IMG/VR virus record: IMGVR_UViG_3300045988_063132
Span: 38,776 to 102,775 of that record
Reading direction: 5' to 3' (one strand)
DNA length: 64,000 nucleotides
From: a virus
Shown here piece by piece: positions 63,368-64,000 of this stretch. A model generated the notes under the pieces. It ran no database searches, was not told the DNA's origin, and was given only the letters and a program-made list of their open reading frames with translations. The translations under genes and the position numbers were made by a program. Numbering within the stretch: position 1 is the first letter of the stretch; every line of letters starts with the position of its first letter.

Positions 63368-64000
63368 TTATTTGTATTTATTATATCGTAATACGATAAT
63401 CCCCGAACCGCCTGCGCCAGAATAGCATCCTCCTGAGACATTGGAACCACTTATATAAAAAGAACCTCCTCCTGAGCCCGTATTGGGTTCTCCATTAGTA
63501 GGTCTTCTCGAAATATCTCCGACATAACCGATACCACCGCCACCTGGTGCTGATCCGGAACTATATTCTCCACCACCTCCACCACCTCCGGCGTACAATT
63601 TATTATTGAACGGGCATCTGGTAGTACTCCCTTGACCGATTCCAGGCATATCACCTGCTCCATTAGAACCATCACTTCCACCAATATATCCTGCCGTCTT
63701 TTCTGCAGGTCTTCCACTACCACCACCTGATCCCCCATCGCCCCCTCTTCCGGAATATCGACCTCCATTTCCGCCAAGAGCTTTTATTGAATTAGATTTA
63801 AACCAGGACTCTGACCCTGGAAGACCATTCTTCTGATCATCGTAAGCAGACATCGAAACTACACGATCTCCCCCTTTCCCTATTGAATAGCTAACAACAC
63901 TTTCTGGAGTAACAGGCACATCAAGATATGTTTTAACATACCCCGATCCGCCCCCTCCACCACCTCTTTCAGGGCCTGACGATGCACCAGAGCCACCGCC
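63368..64000 (-). CDS. glycine-rich (collagen/fibre-like) protein, 3' part; the gene continues past the window end
   Basis: It has GGGGGG and GSGG runs. The frame stays open upstream of the listed GTG at 63919 to the window edge. Confidence 0.5.
   Translation of the reverse strand, partial: GGGSGASSGPERGGGGGGSGYVKTYLDVPVTPESVVSYSIGKGGDRVVSMSAYDDQKNGLPGSESWFKSNSIKALGGNGGRYSGRGGDGGSGGGSGRPAEKTAGYIGGSDGSNGAGDMPGIGQGSTTRCPFNNKLYAGGGGGGGEYSSGSAPGGGGIGYVGDISRRPTNGEPNTGSGGGSFYISGSNVSGGCYSGAGGSGIIVLRYNKYK

Noticed and set aside
63451-63777. A 108-aa antisense ORF within the glycine-rich gene.
   Set aside because: It is a GC-rich antisense artefact of glycine (GGN) codon runs.
1-64000. A CRISPR array or other regularly spaced direct-repeat array.
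   Set aside because: No 25-40 nt repeats with regular spacers were seen. Only the short motif families described above are present.

Overview
This 64 kb window reads as an AT-rich (roughly 30% GC) tailed-phage genome segment, most likely a crAss-like or related Bacteroidota phage. That assignment is an inference from gene content. The window holds two converging transcription modules.

Module 1 (plus strand, 1-24.7 kb) is an early, replication and recombination module. It contains an ECF sigma factor, a family-B DNA polymerase, a DnaB-like helicase, a DnaG/TOPRIM primase, a Sak4/AAA_24 ATPase, an SSB-like protein, two metallophosphoesterases and two PD-(D/E)xK nucleases. It also contains HNH homing endonucleases and many small ORFs.

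Module 2 (minus strand, 24.8-64 kb) is a late, virion module. It contains lysis-like membrane proteins, tail and tail-fibre-like proteins, and a 1996-aa protein with a zincin HExxH motif. It also contains a giant multisubunit-RNAP-like gene that I read as interrupted by a group I intron carrying a LAGLIDADG endonuclease. Splicing would rejoin the catalytic D-x-D-x-D motif (...ADFD|VDKM...).

The two modules meet at a bidirectional hairpin terminator near 24.73 kb.

Other observations:
- A second group I intron, with P, Q, R, S and P1/P10 elements and an HNH endonuclease, appears to split the Sak4-like ATPase gene.
- Group-I-like P/Q/R core elements lie beside an antisense HNH at 2.2-2.3 kb, possibly a degenerate intron.
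- One canonical tRNA, anticodon CAC, is present.
- Three tRNA-like T-arm/acceptor fragments (GGTTCGARTCC) are each placed 45-60 nt upstream of a gene start.
- An unusual 2.4 kb ORF-free region spans 7.6-10.0 kb.
- A short motif family, CCG(T/A)A(G/A)G, recurs in intergenic regions and directly upstream of starts.
- A GC-rich island at 62.3-64 kb is compositionally unlike the rest.

All functional calls rest on motifs read by eye from the translations. No database searches were run.
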